64,000 nt of DNA from Squalus acanthias (lineage: Eukaryota), in the NCBI GenBank assembly GCA_030390025.1, contig CM059432.1, positions 42,472,001-42,536,000 on the forward strand. The letters run 5' to 3'. Below, in pieces: positions 49,683 through 62,380 of this stretch. The notes below the pieces were generated by a model that was given only the letters and a program-made list of their open reading frames with translations, was not told the DNA's origin and did no database searches. The position numbers were made by a program, and so were the translations under genes. How positions within the stretch are numbered: the stretch's first letter is position 1; each line of letters starts with the position of its first letter.

Positions 49683-52600
49683 CATAGAATCATAGAAGAT
49701 AGGAGCAGGAGTAGGCCATTCGGCCCCTCCAGCCTGCTCCGCCATTCAATGCGATCATGGCTGATCATCCAAATTCAGTACCCTGTCCCTGCTTTCTCCC
49801 CATATCCCTTGATCCCTTTAGCCTTAAGAAATATATCCAACTCCTTCTTGAATATATTTAATGAATTGACCTCTACTGCCTTCTGTGGCAGAGAATTCCA
49901 CAGGATCACCACTCTCTGGGTGAAGAAATTCCTCCTCATTTCAGTCCTAAATGGCTGACCCCTTATCCTTAGACTGTGACCCCTGGTTCTGGACTCCCCG
50001 ACCAACGGGAACATCCTTCCTGCATCCAGTTTGTCCTGTCCTGTCAGAATTTTATAAGTTTCAATGAGATCCCCTCTCATTCTTCTAAACTCCAGCGAGT
50101 ATAAGCCCAATCGACCCAATCTTTCTTCATACGTCATTCCTGCCATCCCAGGTATCAGCCTGGTGAATCTTCGCTGAACTCCTTCCATGGCAAGAACATC
50201 CTTCCTCAGATAAGGCGACCAAAACTGCACACAGTACTCAAGGTGTGGTCTCACCAAGGCCCTGTACAACTGCAGCAAGACATCCTTGTTCTTGTACTCA
50301 AACCCTCTCGCTATGAAGGCCAACATACCATTTGCCTTCTTAACCGCCTGCTGCACCTGCATGCTTACCTTCAGCGACTGATGCACAAGGACACCCAGGT
50401 GTCATTGCACTTCCCCTTCTCCCAATCTATTGCCATTCAGATAATAATCTGCCTTTCTGTTTTTGACACCAAAGTGGATAACCTTGCATTTATCCACATT
50501 ATGTTGCATCTGCCACGCTTCTGCCCAATCACCCAACCTGTCCAAATCATACTGGAGTTTCTCGGCATCCTCCTCGCAGCACACACGCCCACCCAGTTTT
50601 GTGTCGTCTGCAAACTTGGAGATATTACATCTAGTTCCCTTGTCTAGATCATTAATATATATATTGTGAATAGCTGGGGTCCAAGGACCGATCCCTGCGG
50701 TACCCCACTAGTCACTGCCTGCCACTTGGAAAAAGACCCATTTATTGCAACTCTTTGCTTTCTGTTTGCCAACCAGTTCTCTATCCAAGTCAATACCTTG
50801 CCCCCAATCCCATGTGCTTTAACTTTACACGCTAATCTCTTATGCGGGACCTTATCAAAAGCCTTTTGGAAGTCCAAATACACCACATCCACTGGTTCTC
50901 CCTTATCTATTTTACCAGTTACATCCTCAAAAAATTCCAATAGATTAGTCAAGCATGATTTACCTTTTATAAATCCATGTTGACTTTGTCCGATCCTGTC
51001 ACTGTTTTTCAAGTGCTCAGCTATTACATCTTTTATAATGGACTCTAGCATTTTCCCCACTACCGATGTCAGGCTTACCGGTCTGTAATTCCCCATTTTC
51101 TCTCTACCACCCTTTTTGAATAGTGGGGTAACATTAGCTACCCTCAAATCCATGGGTACTGTTCCAGATGCCATTGAATGTTGGAAGATGATCAGCAATG
51201 CATCTACTATTTCTAGGGCCACTTCCTTAAGTACCCTAGGATGTAAATTATCAGGCCCTGGGGATTTATCGGCCTTCACTCCCTTCAATTTCCCTAACAC
51301 CATTTCCCTACAAATACTGATTTCTTTCAGTTCCTCACTTTCATCAGACCATATGTTCCCCAACATCTCTGGGAGGTTATTTGTGTCCTCCTTTGTGAAG
51401 ACAGAACCAAAATATGTATTTAATTGGTCTGACATTTCTTTGTTCCCCATTATAAGTTCCCCTGATTCTGACTGCAAGGGACCTATGCTTGATTTCACTA
51501 ATCTTTTTCTCTTCACATATCTATAAAAGCTTTTACAGTCAGTTTTTATGTTCCCTGCAAGCTTACTCTCGTATTCTATTTTCCCCTTCTTAATTAATCC
51601 CTTTGTCCTCCTTTGTTGAATCTTAAACTGCTCCCAATCCACAGGGTTACTGCTTTTTCTGGCCAATTTATATGCCCTCTCCTTGGATCTTATGCTATCC
51701 CTAATTTCCCTTGTTAGCCATGGTTGAGTCACCCTTTTTGTTTTATTCTTATGCCAAACTGGGATGAACAAATTCTGTAGTTCGTCTATGCGGTCTTTGA
51801 ATGTTTGCCATTGCCTCTCCACCGTCAACCCATTGAGTGACATTCCCCAATCAATCCTACCCAACTCGCACCTCATACCATCGTAGTTTCCTTTATTTAA
51901 ATTCAGGACCCTAGTCTCTGAGTCAACTACTTCACTCTCCATCCTAATGGAGAATTCTATCATAATGGCTCAGAAATTAAACATGGATGGTTCCCGCGGG
52001 GGTAAGGATTCCCCGCGATATCGCACTCCGCGCCTACCTTTTTGCTCTGGGCCCACACGAACTATAGTTTCAAAGGCTCTCTCTGTTGACTCTGAGGCGC
52101 AATTAGTTTGTGCGTGCTCTGGGATCACGTGATTTAGTTAGAGCCAATGGCAGCACACCATCTTTCATTCATAGTTTTGACAGGAAGACCTGTCAAAGCT
52201 ATGAATACTACACACCCCCAAAAGAACAGCTAAACCTTAATTAAATTTAAAAAAAAGCCATCACATTAATAAAATAAGTATACTTAAATAAATTAACCAC
52301 TTTAAACAAAAAATTAAATTTTTGAAAAAATTTAAAATCTTTTTAAAAGTTATAAAAATAAACTTACCTTTCTTTAAAGTCTCTAAAAAAGATAAACCTG
52401 TTGAAAATTTTTTAAAATAACACTTAATTTACTACTTACCTTGTTAAAAGGGGGTCCTACGCCTGCTTTCTTTGTGTGTAAAATCTTCACCACTTACCTG
52501 CGCGTTCAAAGCTGGAAAAAAAACTAAGTGCACTGCGTGCGCACAGCCTGTAGCGCGCACGCGGTTCGCTTAGGAACCGCCCCCTTTTCAATTCACGAAG

Positions 52601-54906
52601 TGCCGGTTTCCCGCGCATGCGCAGTGCATGCAGGAAACCGGCAATTCGGGATCTAATACGCGAGAGTACACAATGCGTACTCTCGCGTATTAGGTTTAAT
52701 TTTCGGGCCATTATGATCACTCCGACCCAAGGGGCCTCGCACAACAAGATTGCTAATTAATCCTTTCTCATTGCATAATACCCAGTCTAAGATGGCCTGA
52801 TCTCTAATTGGTTCCTCGACATATTGGTCCAGGAAACCATGCCGTAAACACTCCAGGAATTCCTCCTCCATAGTATTGTTACTAATTTGGTTAGCCCAAT
52901 CTATATGTAGATTAAAGTCACCCATGATGACTGCTGTGCCCTTATTGCACGCTTCTCTAATTTCCCTTTTAATGCCATCCCCAACCTCCGCATTACTGTT
53001 TGGAGGTCTATATATCACTCCCACTAACGTTTTCTGCCCCTTGTTATTTCTCAGTTCAACCCATACAGATTCCACATCATCAGAGCTAATATCCTTCCTT
53101 TCAATTGTGTTAATCCCCTCTTTAACCAGCAATGCTACCCCACCTCCCTTTCCTTTTTGCCTATCTTTCCTAAATATTGAGTACCCCTGGATATTAAGTT
53201 CCCAGCCTTGACAACCTGGAGCCATGTTTCGGTAATCCCAATCAAATCATATTCGTTTACCTCTATTTGTGCAGCTAATTCGTCCACCTTGTTCCGAATG
53301 CTCCTTGCATTAAGACACAAAGCCTTCAGGCTTGTTTTTTTAACGCTCTTAGACCTATTAGAATTATTATTTACTGTGGCCATGTTTGATTTAAACCGTT
53401 GTTTTCTCTGACTGCAACTTTTGTTTTTCTCCTTCCTATCTTTTGCTTTTATCCTTATTTCCCTTTCCTCTGTCTCCCTGCTCAGGTTCCCAACCCCCTG
53501 CCATTTTAGTTTAAACCCTCCCCCAGAGCACTAGCAAACACTCCCCCTAGGACATCAGTCCCGGCCCTGCCCAGGTGTAGACCGTCCGGTTTGTATTGGT
53601 CCCACCTCCCCCAGAACTGGTTCCAATGCCCCAGGAATTTGAATCCCTCTCCCTTGCACCATTCCTCTAGCCATGTATTCATTTGAAATATCCTTCTATT
53701 TCTACTCTGACTAGCACGTGGCACTGGTAGCAATTCTGAGATTACCACCTTTGAGGTCCTATTTTTTAATTTACCTCCTAACTCCCTATATTCTGCTTTT
53801 AGGACCTCATCCCGTTTTTTACCTATATCGTTGGTACCTATATGTACCACGACCAGTGGCTGTTCACCCTCCCCTTCCAAAATGCTCTGTAGCCACTCTG
53901 AGACATCCTTGACCCTTGCACCAGGGAGGCAACATACCATCCTGGAGTCTCATTTGCTGTCGCAGAAACGCCTATCTATTCCCCTTACAATAGAATCCCC
54001 TATCACGATAGCTCTCCCATTCTTTTTCCTCCCATCCTGTGCAGCAGAACCACCTATGGTGCTAGGAAGTTGGCTGCTGCTGTCTTCCCCTGATAAGCCA
54101 TCTCCCTCAACAGTATCCAAAACGGTATATCTGTTTGAGAGGGGGATGGCCACAGGGGACCCGTGCACTACCTGCCTGCACCTATTACTCTGCCTGGTGG
54201 TCACCCATTCCCTTCCTGCCTGTACACCCTTTACCTGCGGTGTGACCAGCTCCCTAAACGTGATATCCACGATGTTCTCAGCATCGCGAATGCTCCAATA
54301 TGCATCCATCCGCAGCTCCAGCGCTGCAATGCGGTCTCACAGTAGCTGCAGCTGGATACATTTCCCACACACATGGTTGTCAGGGACACAGGAAGTGTCC
54401 CTGATTTCCCACATAGCGCAGGAAGAGCATGTCACAGCACCGAGCTGTCCTGCCATGACTTACCCTTTAATTAATTAATTAATTAAATTAAATTAAAATT
54501 AAATGGATCCCACCAATTACACTGGAATTAAGTGATATACTCAAGGGCCCTTACTTAACAGTAGTCCCCACTACACAAAGAGAACGTAGAAGCCACAAAA
54601 TTTAAGTTTAGAAAAATTGAGAAAGAAAACACTCACCAACCAATCACTTACCTGCTTTTTGGTGACGTCACACTACGAATATTTTTTGCTTCCCTCTCCC
54701 GGAACCTAGATTTGTAAGCCGCCTCGGGGCTCACCTTAAGTACCGCCGCTCGCCGCCTCTGCTCCCTCGCAGGTCTGCCTCCTCTGCCGCCTCGCCGCTC
54801 TAGGCCTCGCTGCCGCCTCGGGGCTCACCTTAAGTACCGCCGCTCGCCGCCTCTGTTCCCTCGCAGGTCCGCCTCCTCTGCCGCCTCGCCGCTCGGCACT
54901 TTTCCA
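49683..54906 (-). mobile_element. Full-length CR1 LINE
   Basis: GC-rich 5' UTR with about 94-bp duplicated unit (54718-54894), ORF1 (VIGDSIVRG, HIGTND, DGLHL), ORF2 APE + RT with frameshifts, tail at 49683. Confidence 0.92.
51967..52709. mobile_element. MITE (Harbinger/Tourist-like) inserted in CR1 ORF2
   Basis: Ends GGCTCAGAAATTAAAC and (rc) GGCCCGAAAATTAAAC; AAT/ATT flanks; splits the SDHN|MIEF motif; AT-rich core, no ORF. Confidence 0.82.
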
Positions 54907-56727
54907 GTCTCATTTTATGGCTTCTTGCTCCCTTGGCTCATTCCACAGCATTTCTGCATCTCCTGCACCACCTCCAACATCTTTTGAGAAACCACTATGT
55001 CCAATTCCAAGGCAAGGGCCTACCCGAGGCTCTCGGATGAGGCGCTGCAAATGTTGTTTGAGGGGGTGATAGCTAGCATGGAGGTGCTCTTCCACTCATC
55101 TCGGAGGAAGTGGCCTGCCAAAGAAACCAAGGCTGTGTGGGTACAGCTGGCAAGGGACCTCCAGATCTGTGTGCAGATTGGGAGACTGTTTCTGTGTATT
55201 GATGAAATGCCATCCCTGTTGGAAAGGATTAAAATGATTTGAAGCCAAAATGTTGGCGTTATGCCATCTGTTCTTTTGCATTAGGCAGCTCCACATTGCG
55301 GGCACCGCCACACTTGCGTTGTCTGGTTGGTGGCCTGAGTGAAAGGAGGCCAGAGAGTCATGTCCATTGTCAATGATGCCCTAGGATGGAGCCAAGGACA
55401 TGTGCCAACTTGAGCAACCTATGCAAATCTGGCCATGATAAGTTCATCCCTTGCATCCCAGGCAGCCATGTGCTCGCGTGCTACCGCTGCCGCTGGTCGA
55501 TACACCGGCACTCTGACCTCCTCCTCCTCCTCCTCCAGATCCTCCTACTCCTCCTCCTCATCCTCATCCTCATCTGAGGTCGATGCAGAAAGAAAATGAA
55601 TGGTTTCCATGCCTACTTTGGGGAAGCGCTCATTGCAAGCAGGGAGAGGGTCTTCCAAGGAGATCCCACAGTTGATGGAGTCAAGCTGCAGCACCTCCGA
55701 CCTCGGAAGGCCTTCTAAAAGTGCTCAGAGACCTTTTAAAGCCAAGGTCTGGCACCTGCAAGTAATCCTTGCTGCAATAAACGATGTCTTGTTAGACCTG
55801 CAGCAGTGAGGAGGCCACCCACGAGTCAACCCACCAGGTTTACCTGGCGTGGTTCAGGAGTTGCGTGGAGCACGCCGAAATGCTGGAAAAATCACGAGTG
55901 CCTCTCAAAATAGGCTTAGAGAGGCCCTTAACGAGCATTTAAGGATGTTAAATAGCGTAATGGCCAGCTGGAGGCGGGAGCGTTTCCCGACCTCCAAAAC
56001 CGGCACCGGCAAAATCCCGCGGAGGCGGGTTCCAAACCCGACCTCTTTGAATCTGATTTTCCCGCCTTTCCTGCCTCCAAACCCGCCTCCTCCGACATCA
56101 GAAAATCGCCCCCATAGAATCCTAGAATGGTTACAGCACAGAAGAAGGCCATTCTACCCATCGAGCCCATGCCAGCTCTATGCAAGAGCACCTCAGCTAG
56201 TCCCACTATCCCGCCCTTTCCCCGTAGCCCTATAAATTATTTTCCTTCAGGTACTTATCCAATTCCCTTTTGAAAGCCACGATTGAGTCTGCCTCCACCA
56301 CCCTTTCAGGCAGTACATTCCAGATCCTAGCCACTCGCTGCGTAAAAAAGTTTTTCCCCATGTCACCTTTGGTTCTTCTGCCAATCACCTTAAATCTATG
56401 TCTTACGGTTCTCGACCCTTCCGCCAATGGGAACAGTTTCTTTCTATCTACTCTGTCTAGACCCCTCATGATTTTGAACACCTCTATCAAATCTCCTCTC
56501 AATCTTCTCTGCTCTAAGGAGAACAACCCCAGCTTCTCCAGTCTATCCATGTAACTGAAGTCCCTCATCCCTGGAATCATTCTTGTAAATCTTTTCAGCA
56601 CCCTCTCTAAGGCCTTCATATCCTTCCTAAAATGCGGTGCCCAGAATTGGACACAATGCTCCAGTTGAGATCGGACCAGTGTTTTATAAAGGCTCATCAT
56701 AACTTTCTTGCTTTTGTACTCTATGCC

Positions 56728-57383
56728 TCCGAAAGCTTGTGATTTCAAATAAAACTGTTGGGGGGAAAAATTCAGCTGCTTGCGCCTCCCGTTAGCGCCT
56801 TAAATGGGCGCTAATGGGGCGTAAAGCAGCTAACGCCCGGGCGCAGCGCCGCCCACGCCTCCCGAAAAATTTAGTGGGAGGTTAGCGGCGGCGGCAGCCG
56901 GTAGCGCCCTGTGGCGCTGCGCCGCCGGCGATGACGTCATCGCCGTGCGCAGCGCCCCGCTCGCGCCCCGGCCGTGATCTTCAGTCGCGCCCCCTGATTT
57001 ACCGCCAGACGCTATGTCCGACGGGTTCAGGGGGGCGTACGTGCGGCCGGGGCGGCGATATTTAAAGGGGAGGTGGCAGGCGGCCATTTTTGTTGCTGGC
57101 CGCCTGCCAGCACCTGCCCCCGTGGCTGTCCCCGGCCCCCGTGAAGCCCCCCCAGCGTGAAGTGCCGGCTGCGCTCCAAGAGCCCGGCACTTCTCTTGAG
57201 TGCCGGGCTCTTTTGCCGGCACTCCCGATCCCTGGGAGCCCAGCTGGGCCCCGGTTCGCGCTGCGCAAGGCCCCTCCCCTTTAAGAAGGGGAGGAAGGCC
57301 TGCAATACCGCGGCGCGACGTGCCGCAGCGCGTGGCGCTGCGGCACGTAGCGCTATAACCTGGTGTTGTGCGACCTCTCAATT
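56728..57383 (+). mobile_element. Short Penelope pLTR fragment interrupted by a Harbinger end fragment (56761-57352)
   Basis: 56728-56760 and 57353-57383 match the rc of 15716-15780; the inner segment starts GGGGGAAAAATT and resembles 1156-1255. Confidence 0.8.
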
Positions 57384-59493
57384 CTATTTATGAAGCCCAG
57401 GAGCCCGTATGCTTTTTTAACCACTATCTCAACCTGCCCTGCCACTTGCCTCTCTGTTCCTGCACCCACTTTGGAATTGTACCCTTTAGTTTATTTTGCC
57501 TCTCCTCATTCTTCCTACCAAAATGTATCACTTCGCACTTTTCTAGATTAAATTTCATCTGCCATGTTTCTGCCCATTCCACCAGCCTGTCTATGTCCTC
57601 TTGAAGTCTATCACTGTCTTCCTCGCTGTTTACTATATTTCCAAGTTTTGTGTCATCTGCAAATTTTTAAATTGTGCCCTGTACACCCAAGTCTAAGTCA
57701 TTAATATATTTCAAGAAAAGCAGTGGTCCTAGTACCGACCTCCCCTCATCCCAAAATATCTTCGGATTTACAAGCTGCACATTGCGTAAGCATGCACCTC
57801 TTCCTTTCCCGCCCTCCCCTCACCACAACCCTACCCTTGTGCCTTCTTCATTTCAGACACCCAAGAAATCCAGCCAGCCTAGCCAGTGGTTGACCAGGAA
57901 GAGGGAAAGGAGAGTGAAGAAGAAGAAGCAACACCGTCACTCGATTTCACACTCCCAGCCACCAGCTCTCGAGATCGTTCTGCAAGGCTAGCTGCAGTGT
58001 CCCCCAGTGAAAGTCAGCAGCCTTCCACCAACTATGCTGCAGCCACAAGGTTAGCACTGGGTAAGAGCACTAGGATGGGCAAAGGCACATGCAAGACAGT
58101 CACTCAGGGAATGCACAAGGGTGATTAGTTGATTTTTTGATGTAATATTGGATGCATATATGGATAAAGTTGGATTGGAAAGTTTGCTTTGTGGTGGCTT
58201 TTATTTCAGCATTGTGGCCGCATGATGGTCAGTAACAGAGGGAAGGTAAGGTGTGAGACAAATGTTGAAAGAGGAATTGGGGTTGTGTTCACTGGTACCG
58301 CAGGCGGATGATTTGATCCTGGATATCCCGGCCAGAATAGGGCTGTCTGGGTTGCCTCCTTCCTTCACTTCTTCCTCTTCTGCTTCTTCCTCTACCTCCT
58401 CCTCATTTTTCTCTTCCTCCTCCCTCTGCGAGCAGCTTGTCCCCTTTGCTGCCTCTGCTCCATCTCCATGTCATGCTGCAGCCCAAAGAGACTGCAACTA
58501 TAGCCCCCAGGACTGGAAGCAAGTGATGTTCTCAGAGGCCTTCCTTTAAGAGCCAAAGCCTTGCAAACATCCAGCAGCACTCCCTGCACTCCCTTCACAC
58601 TTTAACAACTTTTTTTAAATGTCTTACACCAAGCCACTACTCCAATAAAATGAAAAGAAACCAGTACAAAAGCAAAAATCTAAACTTGCCTGAAAGTTGC
58701 GTGTGACCCTTTGTGTGGGTCCATCCTACAGCTTCACTCATGTTCTGCTGTGCGTGCTTTGGAGATGGTGTTAAAAGAAGCGGCGACATCCGAAATACCG
58801 GACTGTGTGTCAATTCTGCATGCTGATCGATGTCACGATTTGACCCACTTCCATATCTGGAGTGAGCACAGGTAACGGCAGCGCTGCTGACCTGTCCAAA
58901 ATGGCGGCCATCGCGTTTCACGCTGGCAGTGGTTGGAAGCAAGGCGGCCGCCATTTTTTCATCCAAGCCAGCCTTAACGGCCGGCGCAAACGGACCGAAT
59001 TTCACGGCCATTGTCTTTACCCCCCCACCCCCAACATACTTTGTTCCCTTGCCAATGATTCCATCCCCCTCCACGGCACTCTCTCAGGCTGAACCAGACT
59101 GATCACTACCTCAACATCCTATCTGACCTCGATTTGAGCTTCTGACCCCATATCCTCACCAACACGCCTACTTCCACTTCTGTAACATCGCCCATCTCTG
59201 CCCCTGCGTTAGCCCATGTGTTGCTGAAATCATCATCCATGCATTTGTTGCCTTCAGACTCAATTTTTCCAATGTTCCCCAAGCCAGCCACTTCCCTCCA
59301 TAAACCTGAACTTATCCAAAACTCTGCTGCCTGTATCCTAACCTGTATCTACTCACCCATCACCCCTGACCTACATTGGCTCCCAATCCCCAATGCCTTC
59401 AATTTAAAATTCTTATCCTCGTGATCAAATCCATCATGGCCCCTCCCTATCTCTGTAACCTCCTCCAGCCCGACAAATTTCCAAGAGCTCTAT

Positions 59494-60451
59494 GGCCATG
59501 AAAATGCACTTCTGAGTGCCGGCTGTTAAGGACAGTTTCGGTAAAAAAATGGTGGCACCTCACTTCCGCCTACTTCCAGCGGGTCCCATGGCCGCCATTT
59601 TGGGAAGGTCGGCAGTGTGGCCATTTCCTGCGCTTGCTGGAGAAATGGTAATGAGGCAGATCGTAATGTCAATGAGTGTGCAATGCTGATTTGACGCACG
59701 ATCTGCTATTTTCGATGTTGCTGCTCCATTCAATGCCCTCTCCTAATCACGACCAGCTGAACATGCGTTCAGCAGCAGGAAGGACCCCTCATCAGTGCTA
59801 TTTAAAGGGATCAGCAACAACTTGCAGCTGACTAGCTTTTTATTTGTGCTGGCTCTGTGTAAGTTTGTGCAATTGTTTGGAGCTTTCTACAGTTATTTAA
59901 AGTTGGTGAGGTGACAGAGAGTGTTGCTGCAAGTGGAGAAGGCCTTGCTTCTGATTTAAAAGATTCTGCTCACACCACTAGGACCAATCATGAGGGCTCT
60001 ACTTGCAGACACCCTCGCGTTCAAGTATGACAGGGAGATGGAGCTGAGGCAGTGAAGAAGAGGACAAGCTGCTCGCAGAGGGAGGAGGAGGAGGGGCAGA
60101 AGAGCTCTCAGCAGGTCTTCCGAGAGCACTTCTCCAACCTGTACTTAAGCCAGGAGCAGTGTATTAGGAGGCTCCGCTTCACCAAGACGTGGTCACAGAA
60201 ATTTGCCACCTCTTGGATGAAGACGGGGCTGCCAGTGGCTCTCAAGGTCACCGTGGCCCTCAGTTTTATCACCACCGGTTCTTCCAGTCTGGAGCAGGAG
60301 ACATAGCTAACATCTCCCAGTTCGCCGTCCATCTCTGCATCCAGGAGGTTACAGAGGCTCTGTACTCCAGGAGAAGGGAACAGAGAGAAGCAAGAGGAGT
60401 GTGCATATGGCTTTGCCAGGATTTCAGTCTTCCCCATGGTGCAGGGCACCA
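59494..60451 (+). mobile_element. Harbinger left end with N-terminal transposase pseudogene
   Basis: GGCCATGAAAAT start; EQCIRRLRFTK, LPVALKVTVAL, SQFAVHLCI, PMVQG; homologous to 25148-26930; cut by CR1. Confidence 0.85.
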
Positions 60452-62380
60452 TCATAGAATCATAGAAATTTACAGCACAGAAGGAGGCCATTCGGCCCAT
60501 CTTGTCTGTGCCGGCCGACAAAGAGCTATCCACCCTAATCCCACTTTCCAGCACTTGGTCTGTAGCCTTGTAGATTACGGCACTTAAAGTGCATATCCAA
60601 GTACTTTTTAAATGTGATGAGGGTTTCTGTCTCTACCATCCTTTCAGGCAGTGAGTTCCAGACCCCCACCACCCTCTGGGTGAAAAAAATTCACCTAAAA
60701 AAACTCTAAACCTCCTACCAATTACTTTAAATTTATGTCCCCTGGTTATCGATCTCTCTGCTAGGCCCCTCATAATTTTATACACCTCAATTAGATCTCC
60801 CCTCAGCCTCCTCTGTTCCAAAGAAAACTACCCCAGCCTATCCAATCTTTCCTCATAGCTAAAATTTCTCAGCCCAGGCAACATCCTCGTAAATCTCCTC
60901 TGCACCCTCTCTAGTGCAATCACATCCTTCCTGTAATGTGGTGACTAGAACTGCACGCAGTATTCTATCTGTGGCCTAACTAGTGTTTTATACAGTTTAA
61001 GCATAATTTCCCTGCTCTTATATTCTATGCCTCAGCTAATAAAGGCAAATATCCCATATGCCTTCTTAACCACCTTATCTACCTGTCCTGCTACCTTCAG
61101 GGATCTGTGGACATGCATCCCAAGGGCCCTCTGATTCTTTGCACTTCTCAGTGTCCTACTATTTATTGTGAATTTCCTTGCCTTGTTAGCCCTCCCCAAA
61201 TGCATTACCTCACACTTCTCCGGATTGAATTCCATTTGCCACTGTTCTGCCCACCTGACCAGTCCATTGATATCTTCCTACAGTCTTCAGCTTTCTTCTT
61301 CATTATCAACCACACGGCCAATTTTTGTATCATCTGCAAACTTCTTCATGGTACTTCCTACATTCAAGTCCAAATCATTGATATACACCACAAAAAGCAA
61401 AGGACCCAGTACTGAGCCCTGCGGAACCCCACTGGAAACAGCCCTCCAGTCACAAAAACACCCATCAACCATTACCCTTTGTTTCCTGCCTCTGAACCAA
61501 TTTTGATCCAACTTGCCACTTTGTCTTGTGTCCCATGGGCTTTTACTTTCATGACCAGTCTGCCATGTGGGACCTTATCAAAAGCCTTGCTAAAATCCAT
61601 ATAGACTACATCAAATGCACTACCCTCATCGACCCTCCTTGTTACCTCTTGAAAAAATTCAATCAAGATAGTCAGACACGACCTTCCCTCAACAAATCCA
61701 TGCTGACTGTCCCTGATTAATCCATGTCTTTCTAAATGAAGATTTATCCTGTCCCTCAGAATTTTTTCCAATAGTTTTCCCACCACCGAGGGTAGGCAGA
61801 CTGGCCTGTAATTACTCAGTCTATCCCTTTCTCCCTTTTTAAACAACAATACCATGTTAGCAGTCCTCCAGTCCTCTGGCACCACACCTGTAGCCAGAGA
61901 GGATTGGAAAATGATGGTCAGGGCCTCTGCTATTTCCTTTCTTACTTCTCTTAACAGTCTGGGATACATTTCATCCGGGCCTGGGGATTTATCCACTTTC
62001 AAAGATGCTAAACCCCTTAATACTTCCTCTTTCACTATGTTTATTTCATCTAATATTTCACACTCCTCCTCCCTGATTGCAATGTCTGCATCGCCCCTCT
62101 CTTTTGTAAAAACAGATGCAAAGTATTCATTAAGAATCATACCCAAGTCTTCCGCCTCCACACACAGGTTAACTTTATGGTCCCTAATAGGCCCTACTCT
62201 TACTTTAGTTATCCTCTTGCTCTTAATGTATTTATAAAACATTTTTGGGTTTTCCTTGATTTTACTTGCCAAAATGTTTTCATGCCCTCTCTTTGCTTTC
62301 CGAATTTCCTTTTTAATTTCACCCCTGTACTTTCTATACTCCTCTAGGCTTTCTGCAGTATTGAGCCCTCGGTATCTGTC
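60452..62380 (-). mobile_element. CR1 LINE ORF2 portion with 3' tail
   Basis: KSPGPD, YMDFSKAFDKV, KFADDTK; tail CATAGAAT repeats at 60452. Confidence 0.92.

Larger units (their letters stand above)
49501..56113. mobile_element. Non-autonomous Harbinger-family element inserted in a CR1 tail
   Basis: 13-bp TIR GGGGGCGATTTTC (49502-49514, rc at 56101-56113); ATA flanks; Myb exon-1 remnant at 54997-55160. Confidence 0.8.
49490..57740 (-). mobile_element. CR1 3' part (tail at 49490-49500, body 56114-56727 and 57384-57740)
   Basis: Tail TAGAAACATA|GAATCCTAGAATGGTTACAG split by a Harbinger; ORF2 C-terminus at 56230-56727. Confidence 0.8.
48705..59009. mobile_element. Decayed Harbinger element hosting nested insertions
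   Basis: Ends GGGGGTGAAATT and (rc) GGCCGTGAAATT; ATT TSD (48702-48704, 59010-59012); Myb remnants at about 49000-49490 and 57741-58128. Confidence 0.85.
45330..59490 (+). mobile_element. Old L2-type LINE in three pieces (about 45330-47250, 48598-48704, 59010-59490)
   Basis: DIMALMETW, GDFN, SKILEHVVASQI, FESLQSGFR, LNIWKTKA|IVF rejoined across the ATT TSD, LIQNSAA..L, LHWLP. Confidence 0.75.
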
